42,442 bases of DNA from Thermoproteota archaeon. Lineage in GTDB: Archaea; Korarchaeota; Korarchaeia; Korarchaeales; Korarchaeaceae. Positions within the stretch are counted from its first letter, which is position 1, and the number at the start of each line of letters is the position of its first letter. The position numbers and the translations under genes are program-made. The notes beneath the pieces were generated by a model that was not told the DNA's origin, searched no databases, and saw nothing but the letters and a program-made list of their open reading frames with translations. Of the stretch, positions 28,738 through 38,579 are shown in pieces. Location: assembly GCA_027491735.1 (NCBI GenBank), contig JAOZGP010000032.1, forward strand, positions 1 through 42,442, given 5' to 3'.

Positions 28738-29925
28738 TCACCCGGAGAATTCCGGCGATATGAATTTAAAAACTTCCCTCTTGGAGCGAGAATCCCTCTC
28801 CATTCTGATCAGGGATACATGAAAGGAGAGGGCAGGGATCATCAGGAGGTCCAGCTGTGAGAATCCTATCTCCATTCTAGTTACCAAAAGGGCGAGCAGT
28901 ATTGAATAATCCTCGATGTAATCTTCAAGGGAATTGGTGAACAGCCATCCACTAAACACCCCCATCAACAGGCTCATGAGGATCATCTCCACAGGACCGA
29001 AATCCAGCATGAAGTTTCCGAACATTGTCATAGTTATTCCAGTGCTTCTACCGAACACCGCTCTACCCACGAACTGTGTTGGGTGAAACCCTATCCTGAA
29101 TATCCAAAGCGGATCTCTCATGAGGCCCCATGGAATGCTGGAGCTCGCTATCAAGTTGAAGTAATATACGGTAGAATAAAACCTTTTCATTAAGTTAAGG
29201 GCTGAAGGAGGCCTGTTGATCAGGCTAAGTGCCACGATGACGCTTGTTGCCAGTACAGCTAGAAAGAGCAGGACTCTTCTATCTGGATCGTGGTACATAA
29301 CAGCTATAACCAGCGATTCTATTATGATGAGTAGAGGATCCGCCCTGAAGCCTGTGAGGGATGCGACTGCTATAACCACAGCTGTGACCGCTAGGAATTG
29401 TTTTAATCCGATTTCCGCCGTCCTCCGGGCTACTCTTGGATAGGATATCGCTATAAGCCCCATGCTGAGGGCAATCTCTGTTGGTATCGAGATGGACCTC
29501 CTCCAGGAGAAGAGACCATGGCTCACAGCTGAGTAGCTCAGCACACTCGAGGAGGCAAAGAGCACCAACGCTGATAGAGAAGAAATCCTATCCCTCGGTA
29601 TCGTGAGATCTATATAGGAAAGGAGGATTACGAGAAGAACTGCAGCTAAGGACACCAAAGCAGCCTCTGGGAAGGAGAGTATTCCCGAAAGAGAGTTTGC
29701 CGATAGGATCAACAACATAAAGGCTGAGAGGTACAGCATCAGGCGGACACCAATTCTCCTGCCGAGCAGATACCCAGCTGACATCGATATAAATCCTAAA
29801 AATAAGAACAGAAAGCAAGGATTGAGAGAACCCCTTGAGAGAAGAATATAGGACAGGATCATGACAGATAGTAGTATCCCAGGCAGAAAAAGCGGGTTTA
29901 AGATCCACAACCTTAGTTGTTGCAC
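28738..29925 (-). CDS. Polytopic membrane protein, archaeal oligosaccharide repeat-unit polymerase (Wzy-like) family
   Basis: About 11-12 hydrophobic segments; GFR motif and TxTxFGxxxxDFG motif. Confidence 0.7.
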   Translation of the reverse strand: MQQLRLWILNPLFLPGILLSVMILSYILLSRGSLNPCFLFLFLGFISMSAGYLLGRRIGVRLMLYLSAFMLLILSANSLSGILSFPEAALVSLAAVLLVILLSYIDLTIPRDRISSLSALVLFASSSVLSYSAVSHGLFSWRRSISIPTEIALSMGLIAISYPRVARRTAEIGLKQFLAVTAVVIAVASLTGFRADPLLIIIESLVIAVMYHDPDRRVLLFLAVLATSVIVALSLINRPPSALNLMKRFYSTVYYFNLIASSSIPWGLMRDPLWIFRIGFHPTQFVGRAVFGRSTGITMTMFGNFMLDFGPVEMILMSLLMGVFSGWLFTNSLEDYIEDYSILLALLVTRMEIGFSQLDLLMIPALSFHVSLIRMERDSRSKREVFKFISPEFSG

Positions 29926-31244
29926 TTTTTCACCATCAATGGGAGTAGGAGAAGGGCAAAGAAGTAGAGAAGGTAGAGGTAAGGATGAACAGGTCCTGAC
30001 TCTATCCAGACCAGCATGGCTGTAGTTAGGATCGAGTAAAATGCTGTGAACACTGGACTTCTGCTTCTAGAGATCCTGTAGAAGATTCCTGTCAGTCCGC
30101 CTATCATCAGTGGAACCACCATCGTCCCTATAACACCGAAGTCTGCCCATAGAGGACCCACGAAGCTTGAGGTGTAGGCCTCCGGTAGGCCCACAATGAC
30201 CCTCCCAAGAAATGGTCCTACCAGCAGTCTGGGAACGCCGAACATTGTTAGGAGAGGATTTACGAAAATCAGTTTTCCGTAAGAGAGACCTGTCCAGTTG
30301 AAGTGCTTTATTATAAGGCTTAAAGCGTAGAGAGTGAAGCCGGCCCGACTCACTACAATGTAAAGAGGATCGGCTGGTGTTCCTGCTCTAACTGTGAGAA
30401 CATACTTCTGTCCCACAAAAGCAACGGCTAAAGGGACCAACAAGTAGAAGACTACTGTTCTCGCTTTTATGATCCTGTAAGACCAGAGAACTATGAGAAG
30501 TGTTATAAGAGCTACGAAAATGTCCAATCTGAATCCTGAAGGGAAGGTGATCACTGCAGTGATTAATAAAACAGTTGAGGAGGTCTCGTAAAGGAATCCC
30601 TTGGATATCCTTCCCTCCTCCAAAGCCTTAGCCAGAGAGGCCAGAAAGATCGCTGAGAATAGAAGATATGTGTCATAGCTCACCATCCATAGTAGATTAT
30701 GCCTTCTTAGCTCAGGATTTAGGAGAGGAACAGTCCCTATTGTGACGTAGTTGTATATTAAACCGAGGAGCCCTGAGAGCATTATAGGAAGCGAAAAGTG
30801 CGCTAAGGAGATGGAATCAACGCTTACGGAGCATAAGGAGGAGGAGATCTTCTCCCCAAGCCATGATCCGATCAGGTACATCGCTGTAGCCATTATCCAA
30901 ATTAGCACCCCTAGCTCGAGCTCACTCATGAAAGGGAATGGTATGTTGCTGACCAGCCCAAGCAGGATGTAGATTCCTGTGACTAGAGGAACCAGAACGT
31001 AATGAGAGAGAGTTCCAAACCTTTCAACAGAGATTCTTAGTGGGTATAGGAGAATGCTTGAATTAAATGGCTTAAGAAGAACGTTTGGATATCTGCTGAA
31101 CTTGAAAAGGAACTTCAGCACTGCTTTCTCCTCCTCATCCCCGAGATGAGTCCTTTGGAAAGCTGTGAGGAGGATCATTCCGATTAGTTCTGTGAAGCGG
31201 AAGATCTTCCTCAAAGTCAGTTCAAGGATGTTCAAAAAGATCAC
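29913..31244 (-). CDS. Polytopic membrane protein, Wzy-like polymerase family (paralog)
   Basis: GTVPLLNPELR, GFR, RAGFTLYAL, TSSFVGPLWADFG and WIESG motifs. Confidence 0.75.
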   Translation of the reverse strand: MIFLNILELTLRKIFRFTELIGMILLTAFQRTHLGDEEEKAVLKFLFKFSRYPNVLLKPFNSSILLYPLRISVERFGTLSHYVLVPLVTGIYILLGLVSNIPFPFMSELELGVLIWIMATAMYLIGSWLGEKISSSLCSVSVDSISLAHFSLPIMLSGLLGLIYNYVTIGTVPLLNPELRRHNLLWMVSYDTYLLFSAIFLASLAKALEEGRISKGFLYETSSTVLLITAVITFPSGFRLDIFVALITLLIVLWSYRIIKARTVVFYLLVPLAVAFVGQKYVLTVRAGTPADPLYIVVSRAGFTLYALSLIIKHFNWTGLSYGKLIFVNPLLTMFGVPRLLVGPFLGRVIVGLPEAYTSSFVGPLWADFGVIGTMVVPLMIGGLTGIFYRISRSRSPVFTAFYSILTTAMLVWIESGPVHPYLYLLYFFALLLLPLMVKKCNN

Positions 31245-32098
31245 CCCTGGGGAAACTCCGAAAGCACCTTAACATAAGATACTTCTGGAATCTTTGAGAT
31301 CTCAGAGATCACCTTCGAGATCTCCGGTCCCGAGAGCTTCCTATCCAGTATTATCTTTATCTCAATATTTGAAAAAAAGAAATTAGTGTACCCTCCCTCC
31401 TTGAGGAACCTCCCGACATCATGGATCAGTGAGGGAAGAGCATCCTCGTATGATAGATAATATGGGCTTGTTGGAGAAATCACCAGCAGAAGATTCCCTT
31501 CATGGAGAGAGTTAGCATAGTTTAGCAGATACTCCACCGGGAAGTCGTTGTTTTTCACATCATGCATCAGCCTGTCGTTGAACATATAGGCGTCCATTAA
31601 GAGGACTTTGACTGGAATTTTTTTCTCTGAAAGCTTGTTTCTTATCTTATTGCATAGGGAGAGGAGTAGGTCGGAGCTACCCGAGAGAGGGTTTACCCTC
31701 ACATAAACTCTGTCCATCTCCTTATGTGATTTGAGATATAGGTAGATGGGCTCTATTCCCTTCAGGTAGGAGTAATCCTTTACCTTCTGCTCGTCTGAGT
31801 AGATGTTGTATATCATCCCGTCCATATAAACGGTTATGCTTGCTCTGTGGGAGTCCACCACTATGCCTGAGGAGTTCACTATATTTTCCTCGTTATCCAC
31901 ACCGTAGACATGAATTAGGAATGAGGAACCCCTCTTCCTGTAATAATTAGTTATGTATCCTGCAGATAGACCGCTCTGCATAGTTCCCTCGTAAGCAGTG
32001 GAGCTTTTCTCATCGATGACATAGCACAGGATCACCGCAGCTAGCATAATTAATACAAGAAGGTAAGCCCGCACATCGCGCCCCCTTACTTCTAACAC
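31241..32098 (-). CDS. Single-pass membrane-anchored hypothetical protein
   Basis: One N-terminal TM segment (AYLLVLIMLAAVILCYVI) and a soluble domain. Start moved from 32236 to GTG 32098 (32074 is an alternative). Confidence 0.7.
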   Translation of the reverse strand: MLEVRGRDVRAYLLVLIMLAAVILCYVIDEKSSTAYEGTMQSGLSAGYITNYYRKRGSSFLIHVYGVDNEENIVNSSGIVVDSHRASITVYMDGMIYNIYSDEQKVKDYSYLKGIEPIYLYLKSHKEMDRVYVRVNPLSGSSDLLLSLCNKIRNKLSEKKIPVKVLLMDAYMFNDRLMHDVKNNDFPVEYLLNYANSLHEGNLLLVISPTSPYYLSYEDALPSLIHDVGRFLKEGGYTNFFFSNIEIKIILDRKLSGPEISKVISEISKIPEVSYVKVLSEFPQG

Positions 32099-32895
32099 CT
32101 CTCCTGAACAACTATTGGGAGACCCCTCGCTTGAGTTCTCAGAGCATTTATGTAGGGCTCTCTCCCTACAATCACAAGAGTCAGGTTTGAATGGTGCTCT
32201 TCTCTGATTTTCATCCCTTGTGTGTTCATCAGACATCTGAGATCCTTCATAGCTTTAATTAACCCTCCCAGAGGGACCATGTTAGCACTGATCACTATCT
32301 CCCTTCCAGCAGTAACCAATGAGAACAGGCCACCTGGCATATCTTGACGTAGAAGGTCTTGAAGGGTATTTGAGACGAGGGGAGATCCCGATTTATACCA
32401 TATCCCCACGATCCCGCTTACATAGCAGGCTTTATCTCCTCCTCTGACCAATGAACAGTAGCTTTCAGCGGTGGAAAGAGCTTCATTTAAGGATATGTTG
32501 ATGGGGATCTCTATGAGAACTCTCCTAAATCCATCGTCTCCGCTAACCCTAAAGGTTATCCTGGTGGGAATCCCCTGAACCAAGAGATCAGAGAAATCTT
32601 GGCCTAAGAGAAACGTGGTATTTTTCGCTGGATCAAAGACCATCAGATAACTGCTTGTAGTGTAGACGACCTTGCCGGTTATGTTAAGATAGCCCCCTTC
32701 TCTCATGGCTGCCTTGATGGATATCTTCACGCTAAGGTTGTTGCTTACCTGTTTATAATATGTGGCGAAGGCGCCATTTATGTTCGCCCCTCTTATATCG
32801 AAGAACCTATCCTTGGGCGAGGTTATCACGAGGACACAACAAAAAAGTAGAAAGATTAGGATCAGGTCGGTGACTATCCCGAAGAGCGACCTCAA
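32092..32895 (-). CDS. Single-pass membrane-anchored hypothetical protein
   Basis: One N-terminal TM segment (DLILIFLLFCCVLVI); similar size and layout to its neighbour. Confidence 0.7.
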   Translation of the reverse strand: MRSLFGIVTDLILIFLLFCCVLVITSPKDRFFDIRGANINGAFATYYKQVSNNLSVKISIKAAMREGGYLNITGKVVYTTSSYLMVFDPAKNTTFLLGQDFSDLLVQGIPTRITFRVSGDDGFRRVLIEIPINISLNEALSTAESYCSLVRGGDKACYVSGIVGIWYKSGSPLVSNTLQDLLRQDMPGGLFSLVTAGREIVISANMVPLGGLIKAMKDLRCLMNTQGMKIREEHHSNLTLVIVGREPYINALRTQARGLPIVVQERC

Positions 32896-32917
32896 AGAAA
32901 TACCTCTTCAGTTGGGC

Positions 32918-34582
32918 TTAGAATTCTGGGGTTTTACTGCCGAACTCCTCTTCCTCCTCTCCTTTCTCCTTCTTGCCACCTTCGGTCTTCTCATATGGCT
33001 TGGCAGCTATTATGTCATCGGTCTTTATTATCAGTGTAGCAGTCTCCGTTGCAGAGGATATAGCGTTCTTAACAGCCCTGAACGTGTCCACCACGTCTAT
33101 CTCAGACATGTCCCTGACCTCTCCTTTTATTGGATCTATGCCGTAGGAGATTCTTCCGTCGGAATGCTCTTTCCTGAGCCTAACTATGGCCTCTATTGGG
33201 TCCATTCCAGCATTCTCAGCTAAAATCCTGGGAACGCTCTCTAGGGCATTAGCGAAGGCTTCTATGGCAAGCTGCTCCTTGCCACCAACCTTATCAGCGT
33301 ATCTCCCCAGCCTGACAGCCAAGCTCTCCTGAACCGCTCCTCCACCCCAGAGAACCTTTTCATCCTCTACTAAGTTCCTGACAACGTAAAGCGCGTCTTT
33401 TATTCCTCTCTCAGCCTCGTCGAGTATGGTGTCGGCGCCAGCTCTTACCAATATGGTCACAGCCTTGGGGTTCTTGCAGTTCTCGACAAACACAACCCTG
33501 TCATCTCCTATTTTCCTCTCCTCTACGAGACCAGCATAGCCGAGGTGTTCTGAGGAGAGATCATCCAAGTTACTTATTATCTTCCCCCCAGTAGCCTTCT
33601 CGAGCCTGTTCATATCCTTTTCGCTTACCCTTCTGACGGCCAATATTCCCTTCTTGGCTAGGAAGTGCTGAGCAACTTCATCTATTCCCTTCTGACAGAA
33701 CACCACGTTAGCTCCGGTGGCAGCTATCTTCTCAACCTTCTCCTGAAGTATCTTGGTCTCCTGTTCTATGAACTCCTTGAGCTCTTGTGGAGACGAGACC
33801 TGTATCTCCAGGTCTATCTCAGGCTTTTTGACCTCAAGAGACAGGTTCAACAGGGCTATCTTGGCGTTTTCCACCCTCTTGGGCATGTTACGGTGGACCA
33901 CCTCCTTGTCCAGGACGACCCCTCTTATGAATTCTGTTTCGGCCAAGCTCTTGCCCTTCTTCTTCAATATTTTCACATTATCTATGTCCACGATCTTTCT
34001 CCCATCGTGCTCCTCTGCTATAGCCTTCACGGCCTCGACGGCTACCTTAGCTAAGAACTCCTTTTCCCCCTTGATCAGTTTGCTCGCCATAGCAGTAGAG
34101 GCGACCTTCACCGCCCATTCCTCGTCGTTCGGATCGACCTTTATCGCCAAGTTCTCGAGCTCCTTTTCAACGAACTTAAGAGCTTTTTCAAATCCCTCTA
34201 TGATTATCGAGGGGTGGATGTCCTTCTTGAGTAAGTTCTCGGCCTCGCTTAGGAGTTCACCGGCGAGAACAACACTTGTTGTTGTTCCGTCACCAGCCTC
34301 TTTATCCTGTGCCTTGGCCAGATTTACCATGAGCTTGGCGGCAGGATGGGCAACCTCCATTTCCTTTAGAATCGTCGCTCCATCATTGCTGACAGTCACA
34401 TCTCCTATGGAGTCCACTATCATCTTATCCATTCCTTTAGGGCCTAGGGAGGACTTTATTATCTCAGCGACCGCCTTCGCAGCTGTTATGTTTATCCTTC
34501 TTGCCTCATCTCCCCTGGTCCTTGAGGTCCCCTCCTTCAGGATGAGGACCGGCCTTCCACCTAGGGTAGCAACTGATGCCAT
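32918..34582 (-). CDS. ths: Thermosome (group II chaperonin) subunit
   Basis: SLGPKGMDKM, NDGATIL and GDGTTT motifs. Confidence 0.98.
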   Translation of the reverse strand: MASVATLGGRPVLILKEGTSRTRGDEARRINITAAKAVAEIIKSSLGPKGMDKMIVDSIGDVTVSNDGATILKEMEVAHPAAKLMVNLAKAQDKEAGDGTTTSVVLAGELLSEAENLLKKDIHPSIIIEGFEKALKFVEKELENLAIKVDPNDEEWAVKVASTAMASKLIKGEKEFLAKVAVEAVKAIAEEHDGRKIVDIDNVKILKKKGKSLAETEFIRGVVLDKEVVHRNMPKRVENAKIALLNLSLEVKKPEIDLEIQVSSPQELKEFIEQETKILQEKVEKIAATGANVVFCQKGIDEVAQHFLAKKGILAVRRVSEKDMNRLEKATGGKIISNLDDLSSEHLGYAGLVEERKIGDDRVVFVENCKNPKAVTILVRAGADTILDEAERGIKDALYVVRNLVEDEKVLWGGGAVQESLAVRLGRYADKVGGKEQLAIEAFANALESVPRILAENAGMDPIEAIVRLRKEHSDGRISYGIDPIKGEVRDMSEIDVVDTFRAVKNAISSATETATLIIKTDDIIAAKPYEKTEGGKKEKGEEEEEFGSKTPEF

Positions 34583-34723
34583 TTGAAATCACCCCCTAGT
34601 AACCATCAAGTTAGGAGAAGCTTCAGCTCACTCGACAACCGCGAGATCTCTGTCCACGTCCTTAGGGAGGAGCTTCCCAAATATAAAGTTAAAGCCCTAA
34701 TCAACTTGGAGGGTGTGTGGTTC

Positions 34724-35545
34724 ATGCCCAAGATCGCCATAATAGGGGGTAGTGGCTTCTACTCGCTCCTTGAGAACTTCGATGTTTTGAATATAGAGAC
34801 GCCCTTCGGGGAGAGCATGGTCGAGGTTGGGAGCATTGAGAACGTGGAGGTGGCGTTTCTCAACAGACATGGAAAGGGGCACAAAATACCACCTTTTAAG
34901 ATCAACTACAGGGCTAACATATATGCTCTCTCGGCGATAGGGGTGGAGAGGATAATCGCTACGAATGCCGTAGGAAGCATCAGACCAGAGATAAAACCAG
35001 GAGACTTTGTGCTTCCTGATGACTTCTTGGATTTAACAAAGAGAAGAGATTACACATTCTACGATGGGGAGACCGAGATCTTCATACAGGGTAAGGCTGT
35101 GAGAGAAGTTGTTCACATCTCCATGACACCGAGCACCTACTGCCCGGAAATCAGAGATGCCGTCTTAACGGCTGCCAAAAATATAGGATTGAGCATTCAT
35201 GATGGAGGAGTTTATGTAGCCACTGAAGGAAACAGATTTGAAACTCCGGCAGAGATAAGAGCTTATTCCTCCTTAGGAGGAACTATCGTTGGCATGACAG
35301 GTGTTCCAGAGGCTGTACTGGCTAGAGAACTGTGCATATGTTACTCAACCGTATGTCTGGTCACCAACTATGCTGCCGGCATCTCCGGACTAGTTAAACT
35401 AACTCATGAGGAGGTAGCTAAAACTTACGCTGAAAAATTGAAGGAGTTGAGAAGGCTTATAACCACAGCGATCAAGGAAATCCCTAAAGATCGTTCGTGC
35501 CCATGTAAGGATGCTCTGAGAGGTGCTCTTGTCGAATCACCTTAG
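34724..35545 (+). CDS. mtnP: 5'-methylthioadenosine/inosine phosphorylase
   Basis: IAIIGGSG, RHGKGH, NAVGS, EGNRFETPAE, VGMT and VTNYAAG. Start moved to ATG 34724. Confidence 0.92.
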   Translation: MPKIAIIGGSGFYSLLENFDVLNIETPFGESMVEVGSIENVEVAFLNRHGKGHKIPPFKINYRANIYALSAIGVERIIATNAVGSIRPEIKPGDFVLPDDFLDLTKRRDYTFYDGETEIFIQGKAVREVVHISMTPSTYCPEIRDAVLTAAKNIGLSIHDGGVYVATEGNRFETPAEIRAYSSLGGTIVGMTGVPEAVLARELCICYSTVCLVTNYAAGISGLVKLTHEEVAKTYAEKLKELRRLITTAIKEIPKDRSCPCKDALRGALVESP

Positions 35546-35731
35546 AGCCCTGCTGGCCCTTTTTATCATGGAGTAGTGCTTCTTACACACCTTAATTGGT
35601 CTTTTTTTGGTTTTCAACCTTAATTTGAGTGATTGAAGAGCAGGTATGAGAGAAGAATCCAGTTCCTTGACCGCCTCCCCATCACACCCGATTATATAAC
35701 ATTTTTCCAGCTCCTGTTCTTCCTCATCCAA
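35537..35731 (-). CDS. Small hypothetical protein, possibly Zn-binding
   Basis: CxxxxC...CKKHY pattern; fills the gap between genes and has an upstream purine-rich SD. Confidence 0.7.
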   Translation of the reverse strand: MDEEEQELEKCYIIGCDGEAVKELDSSLIPALQSLKLRLKTKKRPIKVCKKHYSMIKRASRALR

Positions 35732-35816
35732 GCTCAGGTCTCCCCCTCATGCTTCTGTAGGAGGTGAGTAATAAAGATTTAAGAAAACGAAAGACAGAAA
35801 ATTTTATGAATCTTAG

Positions 35817-35892
35817 CGGGCCCGGCGGGACTCGAACCCGCGACCTACGGCTCCGCAAGCCGCCGCTCTAGTCCTTGCTGAGCTACGGGCCC
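35817..35892 (-). tRNA. tRNA-Arg(GCG)
   Basis: GGGCCCGTAGCTCAG...GCGGC-TTGCGGA-GCCGT...GGTTCGAGTCCC...CGGGCCC-G cloverleaf. Confidence 0.96.
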
Positions 35893-35922
35893 CTAAAAAC
35901 GTAATTACCATGAGAAGACTCA

Positions 35923-36087
35923 TTATCTCCTCACAAGCTTAGTGTGCTTCAGCCTTAAATTCTTGCTCTTGCATCTTCTACATCGAGTAGCTGACATGGG
36001 GTTTCTAGCCCCGCAATCTCTGCATATCTTGTGATCTAACAGGGCCTTGGAGGCTATTCTCTTTTTCAGGGGATCCTCTATCGGCAT
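35923..36087 (-). CDS. rpl40e: 50S ribosomal protein L40e
   Basis: KICRDCGARNPMSATRCRRC. True start is ATG 36087, inside the listed 123-aa ORF. Confidence 0.95.
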   Translation of the reverse strand: MPIEDPLKKRIASKALLDHKICRDCGARNPMSATRCRRCKSKNLRLKHTKLVRR

Positions 36088-36169
36088 ACGAGTCAACACC
36101 TCTGAGAGGTTTACTGAACCTGGATTCATAAATTTAAGTTCGAACCAATGAATAAAAACAGGGGGATCC

Positions 36170-36406
36170 TTGTCCGCTGAGGAACTCATCTCATACCTGG
36201 AGGAAAACAAAAACCGCGCTGTCAGCCTTAGAGAGATAGTTTCCAGCTTAGGTCTGAGCGCTAAAAGTGCACGGGCCTTGTTGGACTCTCTCATAAAGGA
36301 AGGGAGAGTGGAGAGGTACTTTCACGGGGGATACACCTTTTACAGACTGATAGATCGCCGTCCGTCGGGAGAGGATACAACACCTACCTCCTCAGAACCT
36401 CCTTAA
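36170..36406 (+). CDS. Small winged-helix DNA-binding protein
   Basis: [12 protein letters not shown]...[16 protein letters not shown]...FYRL fits a wHTH pattern. Confidence 0.7.
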   Translation: MSAEELISYLEENKNRAVSLREIVSSLGLSAKSARALLDSLIKEGRVERYFHGGYTFYRLIDRRPSGEDTTPTSSEPP

Positions 36407-37259
36407 GGAGCCTCACCACCTCCGAGGGTTTCTTGGCCACAGGGACGTTTGCCTTCTCGAGGGCTCTTTCCTTGGCCTCTACGGTACCTGCCGAGCCCAT
36501 TATTATGGCTCCCGCATGACCCATCCTCCTTCCTGGAGGAGCCATCCTTCCTGCTATATAGGCGACCACAGGTTTTGAGTACCCTCTAGCTATGTACTCG
36601 GCGGCCTCCTCCTCAGCGTTGCCGCCTATCTCTCCAACCAGTATGACTGCCTCCGTTTCGTCGTCCTTCTCGAACTCCTTGAGAACATCCACGAAGTTGA
36701 GACCTGTTATGGGATCTCCTCCTATTCCCAGCGTAGTCGAAGTTCCGTAGCCCTCTCGAATTATCGACTCCGATATCTCATAGGTTAGAGTGCCGCTCCT
36801 GGAGACGATCCCTATGGTCCCAGGGGAGAAGGAGCTCGCTGGCATTATTCCAATCTTCACTCTCCTCATGGGGGCGATTATTCCTGGAGTATTCGGCCCT
36901 ATCACTGTCACTCCTTTTGACCTGGAATATCTAACGAATTTGGCTGTGTCCTTCACGGGAATGTGCTCCGTTACAACCACCACTAGCTTTATACCGTTAT
37001 CCACCGCCTCATAGACGGCATCCGGAGCGAAAGGTGCTGGAACGAATATTATAGAGGCGTTCACCTCTCCGATTTCCTCTTTAGCCTCGCTTATGGAATC
37101 AAACACAGGAACTCCGTGAACCTTCTGCCCTTTTCTACCGGGAGTTACACCGGCCACTATGTTGGTGCCGTATTCGAGCATGAGCTTCGTGTGCAGGCTG
37201 CCTTGCCTACCTGTTATACCCTGGACAACCACCTGCACATCTTCAGGAAGAAGAATCAT
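36384..37259 (-). CDS. sucD: Succinyl-CoA ligase (ADP-forming) alpha subunit
   Basis: [20 protein letters not shown] and MGHAGA (phospho-His) motifs. Confidence 0.97.
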   Translation of the reverse strand: MILLPEDVQVVVQGITGRQGSLHTKLMLEYGTNIVAGVTPGRKGQKVHGVPVFDSISEAKEEIGEVNASIIFVPAPFAPDAVYEAVDNGIKLVVVVTEHIPVKDTAKFVRYSRSKGVTVIGPNTPGIIAPMRRVKIGIMPASSFSPGTIGIVSRSGTLTYEISESIIREGYGTSTTLGIGGDPITGLNFVDVLKEFEKDDETEAVILVGEIGGNAEEEAAEYIARGYSKPVVAYIAGRMAPPGRRMGHAGAIIMGSAGTVEAKERALEKANVPVAKKPSEVVRLLKEVLRR

Positions 37260-37324
37260 TTTTACATTAACCTCCCGCAGGGTTATATTAGTGGCAACTT
37301 AAAACTTTCTGAGAGGGAGATCCC

Positions 37325-38413
37325 ATGAGATTACTCGAGTATAAATCCAAAGGAATTTTAAGGCAGTATGGAATACCAACACCAAAGGGAGAAGTTGCTT
37401 TTTCTCCTGAAGAGGCGGTCGAGATAACTGAGAGGTTGGGAGGGAAATCCGTACTTAAGGTACAGATACCTGCCGGCAGGAGAGGGAAAGTAGGGGGAAT
37501 AAAACTTGTTGGCTCTCCCCAGGAAGCTGGATCTATTGCTAAGCATCTTCTGAGTACAACCTTCTATGGATTCAAGCCGGAATGTCTCTTGGTTGAGGAA
37601 CCTGTGGATGTGATGGAGGAATACTACCTTGGAGCCATAGTGGACAGAAGCTCCAGGTCCCTTACCTTCATATCCAGCTCGAAAGGTGGCATGAATGTTG
37701 AGGAGATGGCTAAAGAGTACCCTGAATCTGTGCTTAAGGTTTCCATAGATCCTTTCATCGGCATGCAGCCATACCAGTCAAGAATGCTGGCTAAGAACAT
37801 GAATGAATCCACAGATATCTGGAAGACGCTCACCAAAATAGTTCTTTCACTGTGGAAGGTTGCTGACGACTACGACTCCTTCATGCTGGAGATAAATCCT
37901 CTGGCTGTATGTGAAGGAGGCCGAGTTCTCGCCCTGGACGCCAGGATAGAGATCGACGACAATGCCCTTTTCAGGCATCCGGAGCTTGGCGGGGGTGAGG
38001 AGGGGCTTGCTTATGTTGAACTTGACGGAAACGTTGGTACTATGGCTAACGGAGCCGGATTAGCCATGGCGACTATGGATTTGGTGTACTTACTTGGAGG
38101 TAAACCCGCCAACTTCTGTGATGTAGGCGGGGGTGCAAGCGCAGAGGCGGTCTTCAAGGCTCTTAAGAGGATAACCTCTAACTCTCGAGTGAAGTCTGTG
38201 GTGATCAACACGTTATGTGGCATAACAAACGGGATAGAGGTAGCGAAAGGGATAAAGAGGTTTTTAGAGGAAGGCTGTACTGTCCCGATAGTGGTTCGAC
38301 TAGCGGGAAACGGCGCCGAGGAGGGCTCCAAGATCTTAGAAGAAACAGGGGTAATCCATTACTCTGAACCTGAGGAGGCCGTCAAGGAGGCGATTCGTCT
38401 GGCAGGAGCCTAA
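37325..38413 (+). CDS. sucC: Succinyl-CoA ligase (ADP-forming) beta subunit
   Basis: RGKVGGI, EINPL, DDNALFRH, NGAGLAMATMD and PANFCDVGGGA motifs. Confidence 0.96.
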   Translation: MRLLEYKSKGILRQYGIPTPKGEVAFSPEEAVEITERLGGKSVLKVQIPAGRRGKVGGIKLVGSPQEAGSIAKHLLSTTFYGFKPECLLVEEPVDVMEEYYLGAIVDRSSRSLTFISSSKGGMNVEEMAKEYPESVLKVSIDPFIGMQPYQSRMLAKNMNESTDIWKTLTKIVLSLWKVADDYDSFMLEINPLAVCEGGRVLALDARIEIDDNALFRHPELGGGEEGLAYVELDGNVGTMANGAGLAMATMDLVYLLGGKPANFCDVGGGASAEAVFKALKRITSNSRVKSVVINTLCGITNGIEVAKGIKRFLEEGCTVPIVVRLAGNGAEEGSKILEETGVIHYSEPEEAVKEAIRLAGA

Positions 38414-38423
38414 AGTTTTTAAA
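38412..38423 (+). promoter_or_regulatory. BRE/TATA box for tRNA-Lys (and possibly tRNA-Gly)
   Basis: AAAG-TTTTTAAA ends 20 nt before the tRNA 5' end. Confidence 0.6.
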
Positions 38424-38443
38424 CACTTCTCGGTAAACTACGC

Positions 38444-38517
38444 GGGCCCGTAGCTCAGTATGGTAGAGCGCCCGGCTCTTAACCGGGAGGTCGCGGGTTC
38501 GAAGCCCGTCGGGCCCG
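38444..38517 (+). tRNA. tRNA-Lys(CTT)
   Basis: GGGCCCG acceptor stem, CCCGG-CTCTTAA-CCGGG anticodon arm and GGTTCGAAGCCC T-arm. Confidence 0.96.
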
Positions 38518-38579
38518 CTCTCCACACACATTCGGCAAAGTATCAGATCCTTCTCCAGAAGTGATTTGGGAACCTTCGC

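Noticed and set aside
33753-34586. 277-aa plus-strand ORF, and similar antisense ORFs such as 6072-6737
   Set aside because: Antisense shadows of well-supported genes (thermosome, IPK).
36088-36294. N-terminal extension on L40e (possible ubiquitin-like fusion)
   Set aside because: The extension is antisense to the wHTH gene and promoter DNA and has no ubiquitin features. An SD-preceded ATG at 36087 gives a normal L40e.
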